Shown: positions 17,903-26,477 of the stretch, piece after piece
Layout of the letters: the number at the start of each line of letters is the position of its first letter
How positions within the stretch are numbered: position 1 is the stretch's first letter
Origin: Candidatus Hadarchaeales archaeon
GTDB taxonomy: Archaea; Hadarchaeota; Hadarchaeia; Hadarchaeales; Hadarchaeaceae
Assembly (NCBI GenBank): GCA_038823825.1
Contig: JAWBCC010000005.1
Location: 1 to 32,000, forward strand
Reading direction: 5' to 3'
Length of the DNA stretch: 32,000 nt
Notes under the pieces: model-generated
Told to the model about the DNA's origin: nothing
Databases searched by the model: none
The model's input: only the letters and a program-made list of their open reading frames with translations
Program-made: the position numbers and the translations under genes

Positions 17903-19028
17903 GCCTAATTACCTCCTCGTAGACCTCCAAAACTCTTTTAGCCATGACATCAATTGTAAAATTTCGCACCGTTTCTAGACCGTTGGCCCGGAGCGATTTT
18001 GATAGATTCTCGTCTGTCAGAACTCTTACCACGGCTTTCGCTAAAGAGCTGTGGTCTCCGACTGGGACTAAGATACCATTAATGCCATCTCTGACTATGA
18101 GGCTGGAACCTGTCGTTCTTGTCGATACAACTGGAGTGCCGCTCGCCATGGCTTCAAGAATCGCCATTGGAAAGGCCTCAGAAAGAGATGGAAGAACGAA
18201 AACGTCGGCTGCAGCCATCAGCTTGGCTATCTCCGTTACAAGCTTCGGCCCTAGGAAATTTACCTTTTCTAGGATCCCAAGTTTTCTAGCGAGTTCCACG
18301 ACCTCTGGGAGATCTTTACCTTTTCCAGCGATTACCAGCCTAGCGTCTGGAACTTCTTTCACAATTTCAACAAAAGCCTTCACAAGAACGTGGACTCCTT
18401 TCAGTTTTTTTATTCTAACCGCACTAAAGACCACTTTTCCGTCCAGACCATATTTTCGTTTTACTTCTTCTTTCTCCTTTTCAGATTTAGGGTAAAAAAT
18501 AGACAAATCGACTCCATTCGGAACTACTCTAACTTTCCACGGAGGGACCCCAAAATTCACACACGTCTCAGCCGCCTGATCGCTCACACCAATCACCATC
18601 GTCGCCTTTTTGACCACTCTCATCATTGGATGATAGAGAACGGACCACCTGCCAATCGTCTTTCTAACAGTGTGGCACGTTATCACAGATGGAATTCTAC
18701 GTCTCTTGCAATACCAGATGGAGAAAAGCGCTGCGCTGGAGTGAATATCCTGCCCGTGTACAACATCAAAGCCACCATAACGAATCAAGTCCCTGAGCTT
18801 TTTCGCCGCCCTCCCAGAGAACATACGCATCAATACGGGAATAACGAATCCATCAAAATAACTCACATTTACATCCGGTGGGATGAATTCGCTTCCTCTG
18901 AGACGCGCTGGGAGCGCCAGCGTAACATCCACACCAATCTTCGCAAGCGCCTTGCAGAGATTGGCGGTATAGGTCGCCGCTCCGCCAATATCCGGAGGAA
19001 ACTCATCTCCAACTATCAGAACCTTCAG
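17892..19028 (-). CDS. GT4-type (GT-B) glycosyltransferase; start extended upstream of the track ORF
   Basis: HGQDIHSSAALF, KVVFSAVRIKKLKGVHVLVKAF, DVFVLPSLSEAFPMAILEAMASGTPVVSTRTTG. The in-frame upstream sequence LKVLIVGDEFPPDIGGAATYTANLCKALAKIG is the typical GT4 N-terminus and lacks an ATG/GTG/TTG. Confidence 0.88.
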   Translation of the reverse strand: MKVLIVGDEFPPDIGGAATYTANLCKALAKIGVDVTLALPARLRGSEFIPPDVNVSYFDGFVIPVLMRMFSGRAAKKLRDLIRYGGFDVVHGQDIHSSAALFSIWYCKRRRIPSVITCHTVRKTIGRWSVLYHPMMRVVKKATMVIGVSDQAAETCVNFGVPPWKVRVVPNGVDLSIFYPKSEKEKEEVKRKYGLDGKVVFSAVRIKKLKGVHVLVKAFVEIVKEVPDARLVIAGKGKDLPEVVELARKLGILEKVNFLGPKLVTEIAKLMAAADVFVLPSLSEAFPMAILEAMASGTPVVSTRTTGSSLIVRDGINGILVPVGDHSSLAKAVVRVLTDENLSKSLRANGLETVRNFTIDVMAKRVLEVYEEVIRLAK

Positions 19029-19058
19029 CGCTATCCCCCTAACTAAAGCCCTGAAATC

Positions 19059-19703
19059 TTGATTAAAAAGCTCATGCTGAAGCTTCGGTTTTACTTAAGA
19101 GCTTCAAGAAATGAAGATTTGTTGGTGTTGAAGAACTTTCTGGTTACAGGAAGACCCGGAAGCGGAAAAAGCACGATTGTCGCCAAAACCGTTCAAATTT
19201 TAATCGACCAAGGGGTGAGGGTAGGGGGAATAGTCTGTCCAGAAATCAGAGATGAAAGTGGTCAAAGGATCGGATTCAAAATGAAGAACATTCTTTCTGG
19301 GGAAGAGAGATTGCTTGCACACGTCGGGCACAAAGCAGGACCATCGGTCGGAAAATACGGCGTAATTGTAGAAAATGTAGATTATATGTCAGAAACGTCC
19401 ATCTTGAACAGCTTGGAACACGTGGATGTTATCGTTATCGATGAAATCGCGCCAATGGAAACCTTCAGCGAAAAATTCAAGAAAGCTATCACAACTGTTT
19501 TGGATTCTTCAAAGCCGCTTCTTGCCGCGATCCATATGAGAAGCATGACAGGATTTATAGGGGACATAAAAAAGAGGCCTGACGTTAAAATCTGGGTGAT
19601 AAAACCCGAAAACCGTGAAAGATTGCCTACAGAAATAGCGTCAGAAATCTTGAAAGTCCTCAGAACAGAGAAATCAGAAAATCGTATGGAGCATCCGTCC
19701 TGA
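19059..19703 (+). CDS. THEP1-like P-loop nucleoside-triphosphatase
   Basis: NFLVTGRPGSGKSTIVAKTVQILIDQGVRVGGIVCPEIRDESGQRIGFKMKNI; VIVIDEIAPMETFS. The exact start is uncertain. Confidence 0.85.
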   Translation: MIKKLMLKLRFYLRASRNEDLLVLKNFLVTGRPGSGKSTIVAKTVQILIDQGVRVGGIVCPEIRDESGQRIGFKMKNILSGEERLLAHVGHKAGPSVGKYGVIVENVDYMSETSILNSLEHVDVIVIDEIAPMETFSEKFKKAITTVLDSSKPLLAAIHMRSMTGFIGDIKKRPDVKIWVIKPENRERLPTEIASEILKVLRTEKSENRMEHPS

Positions 19704-20811
19704 AACCTGTTGGTGAGAAATGAGTTCTGGAAAAGAAATATCCCGATGATTTTAGGGCTTCTTCTATGCGGGAGAATTTTGGAGGAGATATACCCGCAAC
19801 GCTTGCCATTACGTTTAGATCAAAAAAGGTTGGTGGACCCTCGGCCTCATTCACGCACATAGACAAAAGCCTGAACTCTTGACTCCTCTGTCTAAACTTT
19901 CTCCGACCTACTCCTTCTAAGACTTTTAGAACAAAATTTTTGTCAAAAATCGAGCCCAGCCAAAGAGGACCGGCATGAGCTAAATCCTCTCCGCAATCAC
20001 AACTTGAGGGGAGCTCCGCTGCAGTTCCTTTTGTCAAATATCTCCTGCTACATGAAAAGCAATGGGAAACAAAGCCTTGTTCTTTTAAAACTCCAAAAGC
20101 GGATCCTGAACTTCTCTTTCCAAAAAGATAAACTCTAAGCTGGTGTCTCGACAAATGGGTAAGAAGAGGGAAAAAAGCAAGATCGTGTTTTGCCGCAACA
20201 CGTTGAATGAAACCTATCAAAATTCTCGCGCCCAGTTCGTGACAGTATTCTGTCCTCAGAGAGACCGCACCGTACTTCCGTAGACATGCGGATGGAGCAG
20301 AACCGCATAGCGCCGCCGTATCGGTGGCTGTGACCGCAAGCACTCCCGCCCGGGAAAGAGAAACGCATGCTGCCTCAACAAAAGGGGCCGGTGATCCAAA
20401 TGGGTCGAGATCCACGAAATTGAATCTACCGCGCATCTCGTGCAAAAGAACGTTCGCGTCGCTCCTGACAACGGACACCTCGACCATAGGCTTGTTCAAC
20501 TCCAAGTTCTTTTTGATTATGTCTATCGCCTTTTGTGAAACATCGCTGATGACAACCCGTTCTACTCCTTCCACCTCACAAGCATATCTCAGACCTCGCA
20601 CGCCAACTCCGGCAAACGGATCGCATATTCTCAATTTTCCCAAAATCTCCACAGCGGCCTGTGCCACGGCCACAGCGATGTCTCTAGCCATCTCCACATG
20701 CGGATTGTAAAAGACGTCTGCTCTTGATGGAACATAATCTCCAGTTGGAGCTCTGAAATCCTCGAGACGCGGTACCTCTAGTATTACTTTTCCTTCCGTC
20801 ACACGAACCAT
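19660..20811 (-). CDS. trm1: tRNA (guanine26-N2)-dimethyltransferase Trm1
   Basis: VFYNPHVEMARDIAVA, DPFAGVGVRGLRYACEV, FVDLDPFGSPAPFVEAA, ATDTAALCGS, C-terminal SRTHFSPTGFRTDAP. Confidence 0.93.
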   Translation of the reverse strand: MVRVTEGKVILEVPRLEDFRAPTGDYVPSRADVFYNPHVEMARDIAVAVAQAAVEILGKLRICDPFAGVGVRGLRYACEVEGVERVVISDVSQKAIDIIKKNLELNKPMVEVSVVRSDANVLLHEMRGRFNFVDLDPFGSPAPFVEAACVSLSRAGVLAVTATDTAALCGSAPSACLRKYGAVSLRTEYCHELGARILIGFIQRVAAKHDLAFFPLLTHLSRHQLRVYLFGKRSSGSAFGVLKEQGFVSHCFSCSRRYLTKGTAAELPSSCDCGEDLAHAGPLWLGSIFDKNFVLKVLEGVGRRKFRQRSQEFRLLSMCVNEAEGPPTFFDLNVMASVAGISPPKFSRIEEALKSSGYFFSRTHFSPTGFRTDAPYDFLISLF

Positions 20812-20827
20812 AGTTACCCACTAGAAT

Positions 20828-21439
20828 TCATTCGATTTCTGCTCTGAAACCCTTTCCTATGATGTAGGACTCTGCACTTTGTTTTCTAGAGGCAATCGGT
20901 TTAGAAACTTTAACAAAATCAAAATTTTTTCTGAATTCTTTGAGAATTTCTGGAAATTGTTCACCTTGGAATACTTTGACCAATGCCCGCCCGCCGGGTG
21001 AGAGAATCTTCTGGCAAATTTTAAGGACTGAGAGGACAAGTTCCGCAGATCTAGCGTGATCGACACTCCATACTCCAGTTATCCTCGGAGATGCGTCCGA
21101 AAGCACAACATCTGCTTTCCTAGGAATTTCCTTCAAAATGCGTTCGGGCGTGGTGGAATCCAAGATATCTGCAACAATCGTTCTAACGTTTGGAAATTTC
21201 AAAGGTTTTATTGGCTGTAGGTCCACGCCTAGAACGAAGCCTTCCTCTCCAATCTTTTCGGCAGCCACCTGAAGCCAGCCACCTGGAGCTGCTCCCAGAT
21301 CTACTACAACGTCTCCTCTCCTGAGAATGTTGTAGCGCTCGTTGAGCTGAATAAGCTTGAAGGCTGCCCTCGACCTATAGCCAATCTTTTTCGCTAGACA
21401 GTAATAGTGCTCTCTTTTTCTTTCCGATTTAAACGCCAA
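20828..21439 (-). CDS. rlmE: FtsJ/RlmE family 2'-O-ribose methyltransferase
   Basis: YYCLAKKIGYRSRAAFKLIQLNERYNIL, VVDLGAAPGGWLQVAAE, VVLSDASPRITGV, RALVKVFQGEQF. TTG at 21439 is preceded by GGAGG; the track start of 21484 overlaps the upstream gene more. Confidence 0.9.
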   Translation of the reverse strand: MAFKSERKREHYYCLAKKIGYRSRAAFKLIQLNERYNILRRGDVVVDLGAAPGGWLQVAAEKIGEEGFVLGVDLQPIKPLKFPNVRTIVADILDSTTPERILKEIPRKADVVLSDASPRITGVWSVDHARSAELVLSVLKICQKILSPGGRALVKVFQGEQFPEILKEFRKNFDFVKVSKPIASRKQSAESYIIGKGFRAEIE

Positions 21440-21851
21440 GAGCCTCCCTCCCGTGTGGTTTGAGACCACAAGCCTTGAAGGCATCAGCCGTGACCGACAT
21501 CAAAACTGATATCTCTGGATGATAGAATAGGTGAGTCTGACATTCGCAGTCACTGGAGCCAAAACCCTCGATTGGCTGAAGTCTACTGGAGAGATTTCGA
21601 GCAACTTCACACTCTCCTCTGCCCTCTGCAAAAATGAAGTCTACAACTCTTGCTCTCGTGAGTAGATAGTCAACATGCCAATGCATCCGCTTTTTCTTTT
21701 CTAAGTGTCTCCTCACTCTTTCTTTCAAACCTCCCATTGCTGAACCAACATAGACATAATAACCCGCCCGAAAACTTTTCCTCCCCAAGGCACCGATCAC
21801 GATTTCAACATCGAATGGGACTTGGATAAATAACGCGTAAGTTCCTTTCAT
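21429..21851 (-). CDS. DUF123 GIY-YIG-like domain protein
   Basis: GTYALFIQVPFDVEIVIGALGRKSFRAGYYVYVGSAMGGLKERVRRHL..HWHVDYLLTRARVVD. Confidence 0.88.
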   Translation of the reverse strand: MKGTYALFIQVPFDVEIVIGALGRKSFRAGYYVYVGSAMGGLKERVRRHLEKKKRMHWHVDYLLTRARVVDFIFAEGRGECEVARNLSSRLQPIEGFGSSDCECQTHLFYHPEISVLMSVTADAFKACGLKPHGREALGV

Positions 21852-22312
21852 CTTAGAGATCTGCTCGCGATGGCCCTCTTTCCCGGAGACTCCTCTACCC
21901 AGACTTCCACCTCCAAAATGTTGTTAAACTCGCCCAGTTTGTCCGAAACTTCTGATAAAATTAGACGAGCTAGTTCCTCTGCGGTCACATTCTCAACTGG
22001 AAGAATGAGAACATCCTGCTCGGGAAAAATGTACATTCTTCCGCCGGATTTTAGAGCGAGAGATTTTCCATCGGATTCTAACGTCACATGAGAACTTCTC
22101 CCAGGTAACAGAAGCTTGTGATCATATTTCGCACAGATCTCGGACAAAATTTTTTTGAGAAGATCAAAATCTATAACCATTCCTTTCTTGTCCGTTTCCC
22201 CGCTCACTGAAACTCCAACCGTCCAATTGTGGCCGTGAACATGCTCACACCTCTCATGACCGATGAGGAAATGTGCGGCTGAAAATCCAACCTTGGTAAC
22301 CTCTATCTTCAT
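21848..22312 (-). CDS. queD: 6-carboxytetrahydropterin synthase / PTPS family (QueD-like)
   Basis: FSAAHFL, CEHVHGHNWTVGVSVSG, GMVIDFDLLKKIL, DHKLLLPG. Confidence 0.85.
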   Translation of the reverse strand: MKIEVTKVGFSAAHFLIGHERCEHVHGHNWTVGVSVSGETDKKGMVIDFDLLKKILSEICAKYDHKLLLPGRSSHVTLESDGKSLALKSGGRMYIFPEQDVLILPVENVTAEELARLILSEVSDKLGEFNNILEVEVWVEESPGKRAIASRSLR

Positions 22313-22373
22313 TCAAAGAATTCTTTAGCGGCTGGAAGTTTAAAAGTCTCCAGAAAATTTTCATAGCAAACAA

Positions 22374-22417
22374 AACCTTTTTAAGCGGAGGTTTTCTTTA
22401 AAAAAGGAGGTAAAAAC
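22374..22417 (+). promoter_or_regulatory. TATA-like element and strong Shine-Dalgarno for the FBP aldolase/phosphatase gene
   Basis: 'aacctttttaag' at 22374-22385 and 'aaaaaggagg' at 22401-22410, 7 nt before ATG 22418. Confidence 0.65.
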
Positions 22418-23533
22418 ATGAAAACGACAATTTCCGTCATAAAGTGCGATGTGGGTTCGTTGGCAGGACATCACACTGTTCCAGAGCCTCTCATGAAAAT
22501 TGCAGAAAGAAAGCTAAGCGAAGCCAAAAAGAGCGGGCTAATAAACAGCTACTATGTCTTTCACGCGGGGGACGACCTAGAGCTTCTGATGGTTCATCAG
22601 CGTGGCGAGAACAATGAGGAGATTCACAGACTTGCTTGGGACACTTTCCAAGAGGCGGCAAAGAAGGCAATGGAACTAAAGCTCTACGCAGCCGGACAAG
22701 ATATCCTGAAGACCGCATTCAGCGGAAACATCAAGGGGCTTGGTCCTGGAGTCGCCGAAATGGAGATCGAAGAGAGACAGGCGGAACCGATCATCGTCTT
22801 CGCCGCCGACAAAACGGAACCTGGAGCGTTCAACTACCCGCTGTTCAGGATCTTCGCAGATCCATTCAACACTGCAGGACTCGTGATAGATCCAGCGATG
22901 ACCGGTGGTTTCAAGTTTGAGGTCTTGGACATTTTCGAAGACAAAAAAGTCGTCCTGAAGTGTCCGGAGGAGATGTACGATTTGATTGCTCTGATCGGCA
23001 CACCTGGCCAGTATGTGATCCAAAGAGTCTACAGAGCCAGCGATAACCTCGTAGCTGCTACAACGAGCACAACAAAGCTCTGGCTGATAGCCGGAAAATA
23101 CGTCGGAAAGGACGACCCGGTCTGCATAGTCAGAACACAGCATGGTTTGCCGGCTGCTGGAGAAGCGCTAGCGCCCTTCATGCACAGTTACTTCGTTGAG
23201 GGATGGATGCGCGGAAGCCACTGGGGACCGCTGATGCCAGTTGGACTGAAGGACGCGAGATGCACGGCGTTCGATGGGCCGCCTCGAATTGTGGCGCTAG
23301 GATTCCAGGTCGTAAATGGAAAGATAGCGGAGGACGATGATGGAAGACCACTGATTGCAGATCTCTTCGATGATCCAGCATTTGAACCAGCTAGAAGAGA
23401 GGCCGCCGAGCTTGCCAGAGTTCTCAGAAGGATGGGTGAATTCGAGCCTGCCCGGCTTGGCAAAGATTCGATGGAATACACAACGCTTCCAGCTGTACTG
23501 AAGAAGCTGGAGAGCAAATTCCAAAAAGCCTAA
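22418..23533 (+). CDS. fbp: Archaeal bifunctional fructose-1,6-bisphosphate aldolase/phosphatase
   Basis: KTTISVIKCDVGSLAGHHTVP, VFAADKTEPGAFNYPLFRIFADPFNTAGLVIDP, TPGQYVIQRVYR, EGWMRGSHWGPLMPV. Confidence 0.96.
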   Translation: MKTTISVIKCDVGSLAGHHTVPEPLMKIAERKLSEAKKSGLINSYYVFHAGDDLELLMVHQRGENNEEIHRLAWDTFQEAAKKAMELKLYAAGQDILKTAFSGNIKGLGPGVAEMEIEERQAEPIIVFAADKTEPGAFNYPLFRIFADPFNTAGLVIDPAMTGGFKFEVLDIFEDKKVVLKCPEEMYDLIALIGTPGQYVIQRVYRASDNLVAATTSTTKLWLIAGKYVGKDDPVCIVRTQHGLPAAGEALAPFMHSYFVEGWMRGSHWGPLMPVGLKDARCTAFDGPPRIVALGFQVVNGKIAEDDDGRPLIADLFDDPAFEPARREAAELARVLRRMGEFEPARLGKDSMEYTTLPAVLKKLESKFQKA

Positions 23534-23564
23534 AAGTCTGCCAACAACCCCAAGTTTTTCTTTT

Positions 23565-24572
23565 TTATTTTATTCTAAAGTCGTAGTAATCTTCCACTCT
23601 CACTATGTCTTCCGGATGATGAGTAGACGATTCATGTAAAATCAAGTTTGAAACCGCCAAGAATGAGTGAACGGTGCCTGGTCTCAAATGAATTTTCTGT
23701 CCGGGCAAAAGGGGCTTTTTAGAGTTTCCCTTCATGACTACCCACCCTCTTCCTGAGATAACCTTGAGCACCTCGTCCCTTTTTTCGTGATAGTGCATGG
23801 ATGTTCTGTAACCTGCCATTATATAGAGAATTTTTTCCATTCTGCCCTCTTTGACTCCTAAGATTTTCTCATAGCCCCAAGGTTTGTCTATCCTGTTTTG
23901 GTATTCGAGCTTCGCGGTTTCCAAGTCTTTCTCGGTATCCACAGAAATCCAGAACGGTATGTCTTCTTTGTAGTAGCCGAGCTTTCCTTTTCTGGCTAAC
24001 TCTGGAAAAGCGGTTCTTTCGATATCCCCAACCATATACTTCTGAAGTATTGGGAGAATTCTCTTAGACATACAGTAAAATCCCCCATTTATGAAATGAT
24101 TTAAAACCGGTTTTTCCTCAAAACCTATGATTTTTCCACCTTTGAGATTCAGTATCCCGTACGGACTGCGCATCCTAACTGCGAAAATCGATGCCAAGGT
24201 TCCCGACTTTTTCCACTTCTCGTACATTCTTTTGATGTTCAGATCTGCTATCACATCACCGTTGCTAATAACAGCGTCCTCTCTGGCGGTCTCCATTCCA
24301 AGCCTTATCGCATTTAGAGTCCCCATCGGTGTTTTCTCCTGCACATATTCTATTTCAACACCCATGTGCCTCTCGCCGAATTTTTTGCGTATTTTCTCCC
24401 CCAAGTGGGCTGTCAAGAGAATAACACGGTTTATGCCCGCACTTTTATACTGGAAAAGCTGCCTTTCCAGAATTGTGTATCCTGGCTTTAGCTCAAACAG
24501 GACTTTAGGGACGGTTTCGGTCGCAGGTCTGAGTCTCTTGCCCAAGCCTCCACAAAGAATCATTCCAATCAA
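23565..24572 (-). CDS. Sugar nucleotidyltransferase fused to a C-terminal cupin domain
   Basis: MIGMILCGGLGKRLRPATETVPKVLFEL, VISNGDVIADL, then KPWGYEKILGVKEG...TSMHYHEKRDEVLKVISG...LRPGTVHSFLA. Confidence 0.88.
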   Translation of the reverse strand: MIGMILCGGLGKRLRPATETVPKVLFELKPGYTILERQLFQYKSAGINRVILLTAHLGEKIRKKFGERHMGVEIEYVQEKTPMGTLNAIRLGMETAREDAVISNGDVIADLNIKRMYEKWKKSGTLASIFAVRMRSPYGILNLKGGKIIGFEEKPVLNHFINGGFYCMSKRILPILQKYMVGDIERTAFPELARKGKLGYYKEDIPFWISVDTEKDLETAKLEYQNRIDKPWGYEKILGVKEGRMEKILYIMAGYRTSMHYHEKRDEVLKVISGRGWVVMKGNSKKPLLPGQKIHLRPGTVHSFLAVSNLILHESSTHHPEDIVRVEDYYDFRIK

Positions 24573-24586
24573 GCTCTTAGCACCTC

Positions 24587-25636
24587 CTACACTTTGCCTT
24601 GCTTTTTAATTTGCTTTCGTCTGTTTTCCATTTTCAGCCTTATACCCATATAACTAAGAACACATGCACCTATCGCAGAGCCAATAACGAGGATTATCAA
24701 ACGGTCAAAGATTGTCGCCAAACCGGCCTTGGCGATGGGAACTTTGGTTAAGACGAACACGGAGAAATATGTGACCTCCACGAGACCGAGACCGCCGGGA
24801 AGAAATGGGACCAAGCCGGCGAGTGGAGGAACTGTAAGCCCCAAAAGAAGGGTGATTATGGTAGGCGTATATCCCACACTTCTGAAGACAAGATAGAGCC
24901 GACAAAGGTTTAAAATCCAGAAAGTTAGGGAGAGAAAGAAAATTTTCGCAGCCGTACGCCAATTACTGAATACCTTTTGACCAGCATCGTAAAACTTTTT
25001 GACATCATGCTTTGATTTGCTTTTACTTCTGTGAAAAATCTTTGAGATCAAGGTGGGGAAGAATTTGCTGAGAAATTTTTCCCCGATTCTGCGCGGAAAG
25101 AAGTAAACCATCGCCAAAACTAAGGTTATAATAGAAGTCGACCAGGCAGCAATTATTGCGAGTCTCCAGCTAATGATTTCGAAAAGAGCGAGCAAAAGTC
25201 CAAGCATGAAGAATGAAGCGGAAATCGTAAGCTCGACTACATATTCTGAAACCGTTGCTGCTAAACTGTGTGAGATTGGTATGTCCTCGCGTTTCCTCAT
25301 GAGATAACTCCGCACTATCGGATCTCCAGCAACATAGGAAAGCGGAGTGATATTTGTTATAAATATGCTACCCAGGATTACCTGCCACGTCTTTAAAACG
25401 CTTATTCTCACGCCTGAAGCTGAAAGAGACACCTTCCATCTGAGAGATATTATGAATGTTCCAAGAAGATAGACTCCTATTGCTCCAAGAAAAAACACCA
25501 AGTTCAGGGTTGGAAGTGCCTCGGTTATTTTCCTGAAATCTACGGCGCTTGCCAAAAACCTGAAAAAAAAGAAACCCAAAATAATCGCCACAACTAACCA
25601 TAGGGCCGTCCTACTACCTTTCAAGGTCTCCCTCAA
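24587..25636 (-). CDS. Lysylphosphatidylglycerol synthase TM-region / AglD-like integral membrane protein
   Basis: Polytopic; SLRWKVSLSASG, NITPLSYVAGDPIVRSYLM, VPFLPGGLGLVEVTYFSVF, KAGLATIFDRLIILV. Confidence 0.82.
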   Translation of the reverse strand: MRETLKGSRTALWLVVAIILGFFFFRFLASAVDFRKITEALPTLNLVFFLGAIGVYLLGTFIISLRWKVSLSASGVRISVLKTWQVILGSIFITNITPLSYVAGDPIVRSYLMRKREDIPISHSLAATVSEYVVELTISASFFMLGLLLALFEIISWRLAIIAAWSTSIITLVLAMVYFFPRRIGEKFLSKFFPTLISKIFHRSKSKSKHDVKKFYDAGQKVFSNWRTAAKIFFLSLTFWILNLCRLYLVFRSVGYTPTIITLLLGLTVPPLAGLVPFLPGGLGLVEVTYFSVFVLTKVPIAKAGLATIFDRLIILVIGSAIGACVLSYMGIRLKMENRRKQIKKQGKV

Positions 25637-25671
25637 ATACTTTTCACTAAAGTTTTTTGAGCTTTTTTAAG

Positions 25672-25746
25672 AGCCGCCGGTGGGATTTGAACCCACGATC
25701 TACCGCTTACGAGGCGGTCGCTGTAACCAGGCTCAGCTACGGCGGC
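25672..25746 (-). tRNA. tRNA-Thr (CGT)
   Basis: Acceptor GCCGCCG/CGGCGGC with U73, D stem GCTG/CAGC, anticodon stem ACCGC/GCGGT with loop CTCGTAA, T-arm GTGGG-TTCAAAT-CCCAC; no intron. Confidence 0.95.
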
Positions 25747-25823
25747 TCCGATTCTATTTTACTTGTAGTTCTGAAATATATCTTGCCCTACTTTTTATTA
25801 GAGAAAACCGAAAGAAAAAGAAG

Positions 25824-26366
25824 ATGAGAGAAGAGACGAAAAAACAACTCGTTTGGCTCTTTGTAATCGCTTTCTGGACGCTGGGGTTTTTCTTTTCTAG
25901 ATGGAGTAATCCTCCTGCTTTCGCCAAGGAAATCGGGAGATCCATCAGTGTACCACTTTCTGGAGATGCCTGGCTTCCGCTCGTCTACTTTCCCCTGACG
26001 GTCGTGGCATCATTTGTTCTCGCACAGCTGTTTTTCGGCGGCGGCATTATTTTCATGTTTTTCCGAGGGGTTTGGGATTCCACCGTGTTTTCTCGGTTAG
26101 AAGCTATTGTGGCGGAAACAAACCTCATATCTATCCAGTATGGCCAACTGTGGACGATGTTTTACTATCTCATGATTTTGGGATGCAATTTGCCGCTGTG
26201 TCTCTGGGCCGCACAACTTGGCGCTTCTCAATCCTTGAAAGTCTTAGAAAGGTTGCAGGGAAAGCTTGTGAGACCATCAGAAGAAGTTCGATGGAAAATG
26301 CTCATGCTAATCATTGCTTCCATCGTACTTGCAATTCCATCTTCCTTGGCTATTTCATATGCGTGA
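25824..26366 (+). CDS. Hypothetical polytopic membrane protein
   Basis: 180 aa with several TM segments from ATG 25824 (MREETKKQLVWLFVIAFWTLGFF...); no family recognised. Confidence 0.6.
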   Translation: MREETKKQLVWLFVIAFWTLGFFFSRWSNPPAFAKEIGRSISVPLSGDAWLPLVYFPLTVVASFVLAQLFFGGGIIFMFFRGVWDSTVFSRLEAIVAETNLISIQYGQLWTMFYYLMILGCNLPLCLWAAQLGASQSLKVLERLQGKLVRPSEEVRWKMLMLIIASIVLAIPSSLAISYA

Positions 26367-26390
26367 CCCAGGGCCGAAGAAAAATTTAGT

Positions 26391-26477
26391 TATATATTTT
26401 GAAGCTCGTGCGTAAAGCTTTTAAATCGTCCGGTTTTCTTTATTCAAATGGATAACTTGGTAATGAGGTGGAAGTAG
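26391..26477 (+). promoter_or_regulatory. Thermosome promoter/leader with two TATA-like elements
   Basis: 'tatatatttt' at 26391-26400 and 'aagcttttaaat' at 26415-26426; 'gaggtgg' purine tract before ATG 26478. Confidence 0.55.

Noticed and set aside
18390-19046. Plus-strand 218-aa ORF opposite the glycosyltransferase
   Set aside because: Low-complexity (F/R/N/H) antisense ORF; the minus strand carries strong GT4 motifs.
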